In this document: piece by piece, positions 16,146-29,029 of the stretch
Layout: every line of letters starts with the position of its first letter
How positions within the stretch are numbered: position 1 is the first letter of the stretch
DNA from: Octopus sinensis
Lineage: Eukaryota
NCBI RefSeq assembly: GCF_006345805.1
Contig: NC_043015.1
Location: 52,142,001 to 52,206,000, forward strand
Direction: 5' to 3'
DNA: 64,000 bases
Translations under genes and position numbers: made by a program
Notes under the pieces: model-generated
The model's input: only the letters and a program-made list of their open reading frames with translations
The model's database searches: none
What the model was told of the DNA's origin: nothing

Positions 16146-16897
16146 TCTATATGAATAATATTTTTCTATATGATTAATATTTTGTCTAATGACTAATTCG
16201 TCTTTTGTGCTAGGCCACTGGTAATAATAACCCATGTTATTACCCCTTTTGATTTGTTTGTATACTATCTTCGACATTGCCCACACGGCTTTTCTATATG
16301 TTAGTGCAAGCGACATGTATTAAATCTGTGCAGCACACGTAGTCGTTACTCAGCGTCAAATTATACAGAAAATATAACTGTTCGCCTCCTTGTAAGACAT
16401 TACGAAAGGGTCCTGAGAGCTAATCGCTTAACAATCAAACAGTTGGCACCTTTATTGTAGCAGTTCAATACCTCAAAGCGATAGCGATAACGTCTCTCAT
16501 GAAAACGAATCATTGCTATAACCAATGATCAACTTATATAGAGAGATTTAGCCATAGACAAGAAGGCAAAGGTAATCGATCAGTTATTGTTGCCAATAGA
16601 AACAAATGATGAAAAACATCATCATTCTATTACATGTTCGTTAGCCATTTGCATTTTTATTAACTTTCTTAGCTATCAAGAACATTATTGGTGAGCTTCA
16701 ATATTTTATGAATGCTTTTCAAGATTTACCTAATTCTTGCTTTAATAAAAGAAACTTTTTGATGTATTTCTCTAAGCATGAATACTTAAGATATTTATAA
16801 TCATATTAATAACGACAAACACCAACCGCCGCCATAAATAGAACAGCACAACCTAATTGGTGCTTTTTATAACGGACAAAGCCTTAAGGCAGACGAA

Positions 16898-17138
16898 AGT
16901 ACCTATTTCTTTACTACCCACAAGGGGATAAAAACAGAGAGGACAAACAAGGACAGACAAACGGATTAAGTCGATTATATCGACCCCAGTGCGTAACTGG
17001 TACTTATTTAATCGACCCCGAAAGGATGAAAGGCAAAGTCGACCTCGGCGGAATTTGAACTGAGAACGTAACGGCAGACGGAATACCGCTGAACATTTCG
17101 CCCGGCGTGCAAACGTTTCTGCTAGCTCGCCGCCTTAA
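16898..17138 (-). mobile_element. SINE family B (long-tail variant), near full length; a degenerate copy follows at about 17165-17375
   Basis: Head ...ctcgccgccttaa abuts AAT-rich sequence; the 3' end reads aaagaaata|ggtactttcgtctgcc. Confidence 0.9.
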
Positions 17139-17867
17139 TAACAATGAAAATAATGATAATAATGGCTTCAAAATTTGGTCCAAGACCAGCAGATTCGGCG
17201 GAAGAAGTTGATTTCATTGACTGCCAGGTTCCAACAAATATTTATTTTATCGACCTCAAAAGTGAAAAAAACAAAGCCGACCACAGCAATATTTGAAAGC
17301 AGAACGTAAGCTCCAGATAAACGCGGCTAAGCATTTCGCACGGCGTGCTAGCGATTCTGCCAGATCGCCCTTGAATTACGAATAAGATGAATTTTGATTT
17401 AATGAGCGAACTTTTAAACTCAATTACTAGACGATGGGAGGGAAAAATGAATCTTTCAGAGGTTTGTTATTTTTCTATTTCGTTATATCTGCGTTTTAAA
17501 GAATTGACAGCCAACGATTTCAAGGTTGAATACAGACTGATTCACTCGTGGGTGACATGGATCTCGTACCTCTCATCTAAGCCATGAACCCATTAATATC
17601 ATCAGCATGATTCGGTTAATAACACCTGTACATTTCAAGACCTTTGTCCTCAGCTGTCATGTTCAACAAAATACGGAATCTTTCCGCCCAAACAATAAAC
17701 TGGAATAGTTTTCCTGACTCACATGCCTACATTCTTATACTTTCAATATTATTTTCACCAATCTATCCCTCTTCCTCTCTCGCTTTTCTCTATCTCACCC
17801 TCTCTCTCTTTCTCTCTCTCTCTCGCTCTCCCCCTGTCTCTTCTCAAACACATACAGATATATAAAT

Positions 17868-17921
<54 letters not shown>

Positions 17922-18023
17922 CTTTATATTTCCTGAGCGCCATACTAATACAATTGTTTGTTTGTTTTCCACCTGCCTTCGTCTTTTGTCTATTTTCATA
18001 AAGCTTCCCGTTATATGTATATA

Positions 18024-18397
18024 CTAGCAGTATCGCCCGGCGTTGCTCGGGTTTGTAAGGGAAATAACTATAAAGCATTTTTAGAGAGTTATAGCGAAAA
18101 AATAGCAAAAAAATGGAAAAAAATGATGGTAAATTTTTTTGAGAGTGAAAAAAGGTGGAGTTGCGTCCCCTAGACAGTTTGCGGTTTGTGTTTCTGATAC
18201 TCGACCCCATGTCGAATTTATCGATTTTTTTCAGAACTGGGGGAACTTTTCAAAATTTTCGCTACGTTAGTTTTGAATTATGACATTGGGCTATGTGTGT
18301 GTCAAGTTTCATCAGAATCGGTTGAAAGCCGTGGTCAGGGTGAGGGTACAACCTGACAGACACACAGAAACACGCACAGACAAACTGCCGTTTATAT

Positions 18398-18400
<3 letters not shown>
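18024..18400 (-). mobile_element. Non-autonomous Helitron, 377 bp
   Basis: The minus strand begins A|TCTATATAAAC and ends ...CCCGAGCAACGCCGGGCGATACTGCTAG|T. This gives 5' TC, a subterminal GC hairpin, 3' CTAG, an A|T target and no TSD. A short CA/CAGA microsatellite lies near the 5' end. Confidence 0.85.
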
Positions 18401-18437
<37 letters not shown>

Positions 18438-18477
18438 GTTTCTGTGTGTGCGTGTGTGCTTTGCGTATATACATGCA

Positions 18478-18600
18478 AGCGTGTGGCCGGTTCGTTAGAG
18501 CTTTGGGCTCTCGATCGCAGAGTCCTGAGTTCGATACCCAGTGGCGCATTGTGTCCTTGAGCAAGACATTTTATTTGACGTTGCTCCAATCAACGATGCA
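18478..18600 (+). mobile_element. tRNA-headed SINE fragment (family D, CORE/V-like)
   Basis: gtggccggttcgttagag...gagttcgatacc (B-box) ...tgtgtccttgagcaagacattttatttgacgttgctcca. Confidence 0.65.
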
Positions 18601-18758
18601 ACAAAATATGTATCGAGGTGGAAGCAGGTAGACCCCCATCAATTACGTGAAGAACAATGAAGAGCGAGGTCAGTTGAATTGATGAACACACACACTCTCG
18701 CACGCAAGCACACATACACACATATAAACGTACACACACACGCGCGCGCGCATACATA

Positions 18759-19072
18759 TGTGGAGGTGCAATAGCCCAGTGGTTAGGGCAGCGGATACGC
18801 GGTCGTAGGATCGCAGTTTCGATTCCCAGACCGGGCGTTGTGAGTGCTTATTGAGCGAAAACATCTAAAGCTCCACGAGGCTCCGGCAGCGGGTGGTGGC
18901 GATCTCCCTGTACTCTTTCGCAACAACTTTCTCTCACTCTTTCTTCTGTTGGCCAGCTCGTTTAGCCAGCGGGGTGGCGTCATTTGAAGGCTAGAACAAT
19001 GCGAAGCGCATTGTGACCAGCGACGTGTAGCAACGTCTGATAGCCTGGTCGGTCACGGTGATCACGGTGATA
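18759..19072 (+). mobile_element. SINE family C, tail type 1
   Basis: The head matches 1-121 and 38630-38762. It ends ...ggtcacggtgatcacggtgat followed by (AT)n. Confidence 0.8.
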
Positions 19073-19081
19073 TATATATAT

Positions 19082-19258
19082 AAGGAGAATTTACAAAAAA
19101 GCAAATGACGATGACGGGTGTGTAAACAAAACAAACAGATGCATTAGTTTAACGCTTGGGAAGTGAGAAAATCTTTTAGGTTTTGAGCCTACGCTCTTCA
19201 ACAGAAAGGAACACAGTAATAAACAGGGAGAGAAAATAAAAAAGATTTAGTGGCTAGC
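19082..19258 (-). mobile_element. ~180-200-bp PLE-terminus-like element with a hammerhead-like motif
   Basis: Homologous to 56090-56289; a 3' piece also lies at about 17955-18020 on the + strand. The minus strand carries CTGTTGA-AGAGC(gtag)GCTC-AAAAC at 19180-19204. Confidence 0.6.
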
Positions 19259-20109
19259 AATCTATCATGGCGACGCATATATGTGCTTGTGTATGTATGC
19301 GTGTGTGTGCGTATCTTAGAAATACTTAAATGCACACACACAAATACACATACACACGCACACACAAACTCACATGCAATATCTACATCACATTACAGTT
19401 CTTTCGAAGTTGGGCTCAATATATTCTATATCCCCAATTATTCTCCGATTTGTTCCTTCTGGTATTGGACATTCCGCTGTTCTAAAAGCATGAATTGCTC
19501 AGCAGGTTTTTGGTTTTTTCCTCCTTGTATCTCTTCATACCCTATCAACATTTTCTCTCCCTCACTCTCTCTCTCTCTCTTCCTCTCCCCCTCTCTCGTT
19601 CTTTGTAACCTCTCTGTTTTCTTCCTATTTTTCTTCCTACGTCCCACAATTTTTCTTCAACAAAACAGAAAAACAAACAACACAGCCGCAAAACTCCCAT
19701 GAATTCCTTCTACTTCTTATCTCTTATAAGACCTGTGGCTAAATTCCTAATGTGATGTATGCTGCAACTCGTTTTCCTCCTCCCCTATCCTCCTCCTTCT
19801 TCTTCTTCTTCTTCTTCTTCTTTACTACTACTACTGCTACCAATACAACGGACAATAAGAGTAATAATAATAATTACTTCTACTAAAGGCTTGACGTGTT
19901 GAAGGGTAGGACCAATACTTTACACCAACCAGAGATCTCAACTGGTACTATCGACTCCAAAAACAGGAATGGCGAAGTCAACCGCCGCGGAATTTGAACT
20001 CAGAACGTCAAACCGTAATAAATGGCTCTAAACATTCTTCTCGTGTACTAAAGATATTCCCAGTTCACTATATTAATAACAACAGCAACAGCAACAACAA
20101 TAATCTTTG

Positions 20110-20325
20110 ATACTGTAAGCACAAGGCCTGTAATTTGGGGGTGGAGGAATTGAGTCGATTACATCGACCCCAATAATAAACTGGTACTTAGTTTATCGAC
20201 CCCGAAAGGATGACAGACAAAATGTACATCGGGGGTATTAAAACTCAGAACCTTAAAACGGACGAAATACCGCTAAGCATTTTGCCCGGCGTGCTAACGA
20301 TTCTGCCAGCTTGCCACATTAATAG
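20110..20325 (-). mobile_element. SINE family B (short tail); a further degenerate copy lies at about 19880-20070
   Basis: gtcgattacatcgacccc...aactggtactta.tttatcgaccccgaaaggatga...gaaataccgctaagcatt...ctgccagcttgcc. Confidence 0.75.
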
Positions 20326-20341
20326 AGATAACAACAAAAGC

Positions 20342-20386
<45 letters not shown>

Positions 20387-20438
20387 AATAATAATAATGA
20401 TAATAATAATAATAGTAATAATAATAATAATGAGAAAA

Positions 20439-21007
20439 CCCTGATGCAGTTATGCCCTGATGCAGTACCAGGCAGTGGCTCTCATGGCTTCTGATCTTAA
20501 CTGATTGGAAGTGTTATCATGTACATTGTTTTGTCTTGGTATAAAAGATGGTCTACAGCAAATATTCTGCTCAATACCACAGATTTGCTTGTCAGTTGTT
20601 TGACCTTAACCAGTTGAGCATGTCCCTTAGTGGCTGACGATATGTGCATCTCTGATCATGAGCAGAAGTAGTGGGGGAGCATCATAGCCATGTGTCGAGA
20701 GGTATTGTTTGGGGTTTGAATAATTCACCTCTGGAAACATGGGTGTTTCGTTCAACATCTTTAAACAATCCTTATTCAGTGACCTTTTGAGCGGGATGGG
20801 TTACTCGACCTGAAGAAAATTCTAACTGGGCCCCACCTGCAAGTTAATGCGCTGTTTATCTTGATATGAGATCACCATGTCGGGCACATAAGGTTGTGAT
20901 GCATGCGCCTAGTATACCCTTATCAGACAGGTAGTCATGATAGGTATGCTGGGTTTCGTATATTTTACCCCAGTGTCACTTTGATGGCATGAACTGCTCT
21001 CTCACTC
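20439..21007 (+). mobile_element. (TAA)n-associated non-coding retroelement, copy 3 (longest, about 570 bp)
   Basis: Reverse complement of copies 1 and 2. The 5' end has a duplicated ccctgatgcagt and the 3' end is ctctcactc(AAT)n, with (AAT)n upstream. Confidence 0.8.
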
Positions 21008-21021
21008 AATAATAATAATAA

Positions 21022-21362
21022 TAATTTCTACTATAGGCACAAGGCATGAAATTTGGTGGGAGAGATTAAGTCGGTTACATCAACCCCAGTGTTCAACTGG
21101 TAATCATTTTATCGACCCAGAAAGGATGAAAATAGGCAAAGTCGACCTCGGCGGTGTTTGAACTTATAATGCAACGGCAGATGAAAGGAGAAATGAACGG
21201 ATTAAGTCGATTACATCGACCCCAGTGCGTAAATGGTGGTTAATTTATCGATCCCGAAAGGATGAAAAGCAAAGTCGACCTCGGCGAAATTTGAACTCAG
21301 AACGGAGCGGCAGATGAAATACCGCTAAGCATTTCGCCCGGCGTACTAATGATTCTGCCATA
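21022..21362 (-). mobile_element. Two stacked SINE family B copies
   Basis: Two successive central and head segments (gtcgacctcggcg...gaact) at about 21140 and 21275. Confidence 0.8.
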
Positions 21363-21370
21363 AAAATAAT

Positions 21371-21408
<38 letters not shown>

Positions 21409-21416
21409 TAATAATA

Positions 21417-24400
21417 GTACCTCATGTCCCGCAAATAAAACCCAAAAGACGTAAATGGACACGTGAGGAATACATTTCTATCTTACACGCATACTTCACA
21501 GCAGTCCCCTACCCAAAAATGAAAATACAACAACACATACATATAAAATATGGAAGGAAATAATAGAGATATAGACTTGGATACAGCAATGAACCCTAAT
21601 AAATTAGCTAACTACGAAGATACATTCTCAACACAAAAAAAATATCAGAAATAGAAATAGAACACCTAAAAGAAACATACACCAGGAAAATGTAGATAGA
21701 AGCCCACAACAATGCCCAATAATATAAACACTGAAACTGTAAAACACGAAGACAAACGCAACATTCCCAACAAACACGATGTGAACAACGAAGGGGAGCC
21801 TAATGATTATGTAATATAAAAATAAAATAATCAAAGAACTGAAACCACAGAGCTCAAAATGGACCACCGACCATACCTTCCCAAGAATCAAAATAACAAA
21901 ATAACAACACCTATTATAAACAGCATAACCTAGCCGTCACTGAACTGATAGCCACTGAATAAAAAAAAAGTGATATCACTGAGCTAATAAACCTATATAC
22001 GCAGCACCACTGCACCACAAAAGAAGCTGGATACTCACCAAACCCGCCCAACGGAGTACCACCACCCAACAAACCCTGTGGATAAATAACATCCAAAGCA
22101 AATAAAAAAATTAAAAGACCTGTCGATTCTTAATGAAATCAGCAAACAATCAACGCTACTGAGCACAAAAAGAGAACAAAATACTCCGCAAAATATAACA
22201 TCACAAGAAAGATTTGCCTGAAATAATAGAAAAGCTGAAGCAAGATATCCTTGCCAAAGCACAAAGGATCCGCCGGTACAAGAAACGCAACGCTTCTTTG
22301 AAGAAAACAAAAAGTTCAACTCTAACCCCAAAAGTCTACCAAAACTGGGAAAAAATAAAATAGAAGTCACTGCAGCACCAACGGCAGAAGAATTGAAGAA
22401 TTCTGGGGAGAAATATGGTCGGCGAACGAACCACCAAAAAAAGGAGTATCAGAATAAAAAACTCGGCATCTGAACAACTTTGGACCCCCATAACAACTGA
22501 AGAGGTCACCCAGGCACTGCAAGACTAAGCAACTGGAAAGCACCTGGGCATGACAAGATCCCCAACTTCTGGTTGAAATATCTAACAGGAATGCACAAAA
22601 GCTGGCTGAAAACTTTAACAAAGTACTAGCAGAGCCAGAGACAATGCCTGAATGGATCGAAGGGGAAAACCATCTTAACTCCCAAATCAAATGAAACAGA
22701 AAACCAGAAAACTACAGACCAATAACCTGCCTCCCTACTATGTTCAAGGCATTTACTGCAGTGATATCACAAAGGCTGAACAAGCACCTGGACGAAAACA
22801 AACTGTTCCCAGAAGAGCAGAAAGGGTGCCGCAAGGCTCATATGGCTGTAAAGATCAACTAATGATTAATAAAGCCTAACTGAAGACAGCCACAGAAAGA
22901 AGAAAGGCCTCAGTATGGCCTGGATTGACTGCAAAAAGGCGTTTGATAGCATCCCCCACACATGGATCCTCGAAACACTAGCCATTAACAAAGTAGCACC
23001 AACAATCATAAAATTCATAGAGCACTCTATGAATAAATGGCAAACAGTCCTACACCTCTAAACAAAAGAGGGACTCATGAAAACCAAAGACATCCCCATT
23101 AAAGAGGAATATTCCAGGAGACACGCTCTCTCCACTCCTTTTCTGCTTGGCACTGTCACCTCTATCTGATATGCTAAATAGAACTGGATGCGGATATAAA
23201 TGTTACGGCAAAACGATCAGCCACCTTTTATATATGGATGACCTAAAACTATACGCTGCAAATGACAAACAGCTGGAAACACTATTAAAGACAGTTCATG
23301 GATTTACCAAAGAAATAGATATGAAATTTGGATTAGAAAAATGCGCCAAAGTAACCCTGAAAAGAGGAAATCTAGTTAAGAGTAACAACATCACACTAGA
23401 TAAAACCAATGAAATAAAAGAATTAGACCAAAGCCAAACTTACAAATACTTAGGAATCCATGAACTAGATAAGACACAACACACACAAATGAAAGAGAAA
23501 ATAAAAAAAGAATATTATAGACGAGTTAGATCAATACTAAACACAGAGCTCAATGCTAAAATCAAGATAATAGGTATCAACACTTTAGCTGTCCCAGTTA
23601 TAAGTTACAGCTACAATATCCTTAACTGGACACGAAATGAACTGACCAAATAGATAGGAAAGCAAGAAAAATAATGACAGGATCTAGGATGCATCACCCA
23701 AAATCTGACATAGAAAGACTATATACAACGTATAGAAGGTGGTAGAGGCCTTATTCAGCTGAAAAACTACTATAAGATAACCCCCATAGGACTGCAAAAA
23801 TATCTACTTCAGAAGGAAGGAAAACTGATCCAGATAGCGGCAAAACGAGCAAAACAAAAAACTGTTCTCGGTATTTAAGGAAGCTGACAAATACAAACAA
23901 GAAATCATACCACCTAATAAACATGAAGAAGAAAAGAAGATGAAGAAACAACAAAAGTTATAAAACAAATGAAATCCAAACTAAAAATAGAACAGCAACG
24001 AACCATGATAAAACGATGGCAAGAAAAGCCCCTTCATGGTAAATACTGGACTAAACTAAACGCAAAAGAAATAGACAAAGAAAAATCCCAGCAATGGTTG
24101 AGAAGCTCAGGACTCAAAGCAGAAACAGAGGGATTTTTAATTGCAGCACAAGACCAAAGCCTCCCCACCAGAAATTACCAAAAACATGTAATGAAAAGAA
24201 ATATTACAAGTAACTGCAGAATATGTGGAGATGGACAAGAAACAATAAATCATATTATCTCTAGCTGCCCAGTCTTGGCTAAGAAGGAATATATTCACAG
24301 ACATGACAGAGTGGGAACCTACATACATTGGAAGCTATGCCAACATTATGGAATAACAACAGAAAAAAGATGGTATAGGCACACACCAGAAAAGGTCACA

Positions 24401-24880
24401 GAAAACGAGAAAGCAACCATACTCTGGGATATGCCGATACACACAGATAGAGAAATTAAGGCCAACAGACCAGATATAGTTGTCAGAGATCATGAAGAAA
24501 AAAAATGCTTTCTAATTGATGTATCAATACCGGCTGATGACAACGTGTCTCTAAAAGAAATGGAGAAACTCTGAAAATACAAAGACCTGGAAATAGAGGT
24601 AACTAGAATGTGGAATCTGAAAACAGAAACAATTCCTATCATAGTAGGTGCATTAGGCATGATAAAAAATATTCAGACAAATACATAACAAAAACACCAG
24701 GACTTACAAACACATATAACATACAGAAAATTGCACTACTAGGCACTGCACACATCCTACGCAGAACACTTTCCATACAATAACCATCAGAGCATCACAA
24801 CAAATCACAGCACATACCCAAGGCACACAGAGCTGTGCTCGGTAGTGAAGTGAAAGCACGCTATAAAAATAAAACTACTG
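21417..24880 (+). mobile_element. Near full-length, frameshifted R4/Dong-clade non-LTR retrotransposon (RT plus restriction-like endonuclease)
   Basis: N-terminal RRKWTREEY..LHAYF; RT motifs APGHDKIPNFWLK, YRPITCLPTMFK, EEQKGCR, AWID.KKAFDS, GIFQGDTLSPLLF, LYMDDLKLY and YKYLGI; CCHC finger CRICGDGQETINHIISSC; RLE RPDIVV...LIDVSIP, KY.DL. (AAT)n lies on both flanks. Confidence 0.95.
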
Positions 24881-25229
24881 AATAATAATAATAATAATAA
24901 TAATATTACGTGTTAGCAATCAATATTACGCAGAAAATATCTAACCTTTAGATCCTAGAAGTTTTGGGGCCCTGGTTACTCATTTCATACACTGGGGAAA
25001 CTTTTTTTTATCTCTAGTGTAACCTATTTGCTCACTTACTGTCTCTCTGCGCTCTCATTCTTAATCCGTCCGTCTTATTTTTTTAAGTACCTGTCTACCT
25101 GCGCGCGTGTGCGCTATGTTATTACGCCTGTATGTGTAAATTATTAATCCGAGTGTATTTATACGCGCATTTGTGTATGTTGTATGTGTATATGGGTGTG
25201 TGTGTATATATATATATGTTTGTATATAT

Positions 25230-25274
<45 letters not shown>

Positions 25275-25522
25275 CATAACACACATACATATATACAAGG
25301 ACATATATTTATACATAAATGGTGCCTTTGAGTGCTTATGTATATATATATATTTATATATCAGTGTGCTTGTTTGTACATGTGCATAGACAGAAAGATA
25401 AATACATATATACATGTATACATATATACATACATATATATATATTCAATTCAAAACACAGAGTAAAAAATAACAAAAAAAAAACAGACAGTCGGGAGGA
25501 CGAAGCAATATACATACATTTT

Positions 25523-25559
<37 letters not shown>

Positions 25560-25799
25560 ACAAGTACATGTTTTTTTATATACAGATGAACATAGACAGG
25601 GATGTATTCATACAAACACGCACACATCCGTTCCGTCTAAACAACTTGCTTTTTTATTTAATTAAATGTCTTTCTACGTGTTTCATTTCGACATATGTGT
25701 ATGCACAACCCCACACACACGCACACATATATACTCACACAGACTCATATACACACATGTATTCACGTTCATATGCAAATATATATATAAATGTATAAG

Positions 25800-25844
<45 letters not shown>

Positions 25845-26419
25845 CGTATATATGTATGTGTGCGTGCATGTATGCAAAAGTGTATATGTATTTATATTTG
25901 TGTAGAGGATCACGTGATTATTTGTCAATGCACATATATGCACATACATCTGCAGCAATATATGCAGATACGCACAACCGCCGGAATTAACAAAGAAGCA
26001 AAACAAAAAAAGATACATACATAAATACCGATGAACACTATAACTGCACTCGTTAACCCTCGCTTCAACATTTAGCTACGAACTCAATTCACCTCATTTT
26101 ACTTTTTTAAAGTTCTCTATTTAAGATCATTGCAGGTTACGTCCGCATTATCGCTAAACTTTCGTTATTCTCTCATTCGTTCAGTCCTCATTTGTGCCAC
26201 TCATTCAGTATCACAATTTTCTTTCTTTTTTTTTTCTGTCTCATTCATATCGCTGGTGATATTCACGAATCGCATGCAAAACTAAAGACATAACGAAATA
26301 ATGATAAATGCTTTAGAAGACTATTGGAAAACAAACAAACAAACAAAAACAATTATGATCTATAACAAAATTTCGTATCAGTCTTTAGTCTCTAAGATTT
26401 TTCTGAATATTTATCGTTT

Positions 26420-26426
26420 TATAATC

Positions 26427-26524
<98 letters not shown>

Positions 26525-26553
26525 CATCCATCTATCTATCTATCTATCTATCT

Positions 26554-26619
<66 letters not shown>

Positions 26620-26956
26620 AATTTATCTATCTATCTAACTATCTATCTATCTATCTATATATATATATATAGGCGTGAGTATGTGTGTGTATACATTCGT
26701 ACATATATACATACATATATATAGAAACATATATGTACAAATATATATATATATAATATATGTATGTATATATATGCTTACATACCTACATACACACGTT
26801 CACCACGTACAGACACACATAAGCATATATATATATATATTATATATATATATAAATATATAAATATACATTTGTAATTATATATTGTGTTTTCATATCA
26901 TCATATTATACACACAGTCATATATATAAATATTTATAGATATACATGCATACATT

Positions 26957-27004
<48 letters not shown>

Positions 27005-27125
27005 ATAAACATATATATATGTGTGTATGTATACATATAAATGTATGTGTATATATAGTAATGTACACACACAAACATATGTGTGCGTATATATATATAT
27101 ATCTATATCTATCTATATATATATA
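26420..27125. repeat. (TATC)n and (TA)n arrays; an opposite-strand (TAGA)n array lies at about 27940-28130
   Basis: Seen directly. Confidence 0.9.
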
Positions 27126-27507
27126 TTTGGAGAAACAAAGCGGTTGTGCATGTAGCTTCAGTCTATAGGTAAACATGGATGATGGCAAAAAAAAGAAGCT
27201 ATTCTCACGTCATGAAAAATGACATGAACAACTTTAAAAAAGAGCCCAGCAAACAATAAACCTTTCATTGAAATTATAGCACATTTATTGGGTTATTTAT
27301 GTATTTGTTTGGTGATCCACCAATAAATGAAACCCAAAATAACGACAACAACTGGCAGAAGAATAATAGTGGAAAATATATAGAATCATTCGCGTGTTCT
27401 AAACTGTCTTGAAATATACAGGAATAACAAAGGCTGAAAAAGATTGACAATGGCCGCCGTAACAACAGGACTCAGAAGCAGAAATGTAATAGCAGTAAGA
27501 AAATATT

Positions 27508-27542
<35 letters not shown>

Positions 27543-27629
27543 CAAAAAACTGTATGTACATGCATACATATATATGTATATACGTGCACTAACACACACA
27601 TACGCACACACACGCATATATATATATGT

Positions 27630-27679
<50 letters not shown>

Positions 27680-28050
27680 GATAGATGTATGTATAGATCT
27701 ATGAATGTATGTGTATATACACACTCACACACAGACCGACATATGTATACGCATGTGTCTTTATATATATAATAAATATTTATGTATATAATATATATAA
27801 TATAATATATATATATATATAATATATATGTATATGTATGTTTATATAAATCCATTAACATGCAGACGCTCATACACACTAAATGTATATATAGATGTGT
27901 GGGTGCATGTGTATACATATAAGAATTGATAGATAGTATAGAGGTAGCTATGTAAATAGATAGATAGACAAATTGATAGATAGAACAGACAGACAAACAG
28001 ATAGATATATACATACATATATAGATTGGTTGGCTAATAGATAGATACAC

Positions 28051-28131
<81 letters not shown>

Positions 28132-28680
28132 CAATTTTGTACGGTTATAATTTCATAAGTGCTTTCATATGCTTTATAGCAACCTTCAAGTATACAGACA
28201 TGTAAATGATTTTTATATATACCAGATTCTAATTACAAACCAGAGGGCGTTTCTCTATCAAAAGTGTAAGATAACCTATAAATTATAACGTAAAGATATT
28301 AACAAACTAGATGGTGTTTCTGTATGATAAAATGCGATAATCCATAATCTAAATGCAATAATGCAACAGCTTTTGAGTTAAAAGAGTTCGAATTAAATTA
28401 AATTGAAATTGAAATTTACAATATTTTGACTGTTTGACGTTTTCAAAATTCTCGAGTTTCTGTCAACACTACTACATGAACCCGAAGATTGCAGAATTCA
28501 ATGCATGAAAGTACTAGTTCAATCAGAATGAACATTTAACATTCTACTATTTCATTTTATTTTATTCAATTATAATATATTATCTTATAATATATCATTA
28601 TAAGATTGTAAATAAAACGTGAAAATCAGACAAGGTTGGAATTCTTTTTATTAATATATATATATATATATATATATATC

Positions 28681-28985
28681 TTCACCTTCGAAACGTAGAG
28701 TAGATGAAACCATGGTGACTGAAGAAGGGTTTTTTACCTTGTGTTATTTGTCCTGTACTCTATTTTTTTGTTGTTTAAGAAAAATGTCCAGTTCCCTGGG
28801 TTTGTGTCTGTTTTCGTTTCTCATTGTGTTGGACGTTTTTTTGGTGTCCTGTACTCATATATGCGTGTATATATACATGTAGAGGTAGGTACGTACATAT
28901 ATGTATATATATATGCATATGTTTTATTTATTAATGGCGGTGCCCCAGCATGGCCACAGCTCATGAGCTGAAACTAGAATCAATC
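28681..28985 (+). mobile_element. PLE-terminus-like fragment with split hammerhead-like halves, ending in a SINE A-type 3' end
   Basis: ccttcGAAACgtag at 28690, then CTGAAGA-aggg(tttta)cctt at 28719-28739, then ggcggtgccccagcatggccacagc. Confidence 0.4.
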
Positions 28986-29029
28986 AATCAATCATATATA
29001 TATATATATAGGGATGATATTATCAAAAC

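Noticed and set aside
16047-16316. 89-aa minus-strand ORF overlapping the palindrome (KGSQIR faintly like the L1/Tx1 KG..IRS motif)
   Set aside because: Too short and weak to call; noted only as a possible source of the palindromic insert.
18759-18840. tRNA-like sequences (also at 14060, 32377 and 38700)
   Set aside because: They are SINE heads continuing into shared bodies and do not fold as complete cloverleaves.
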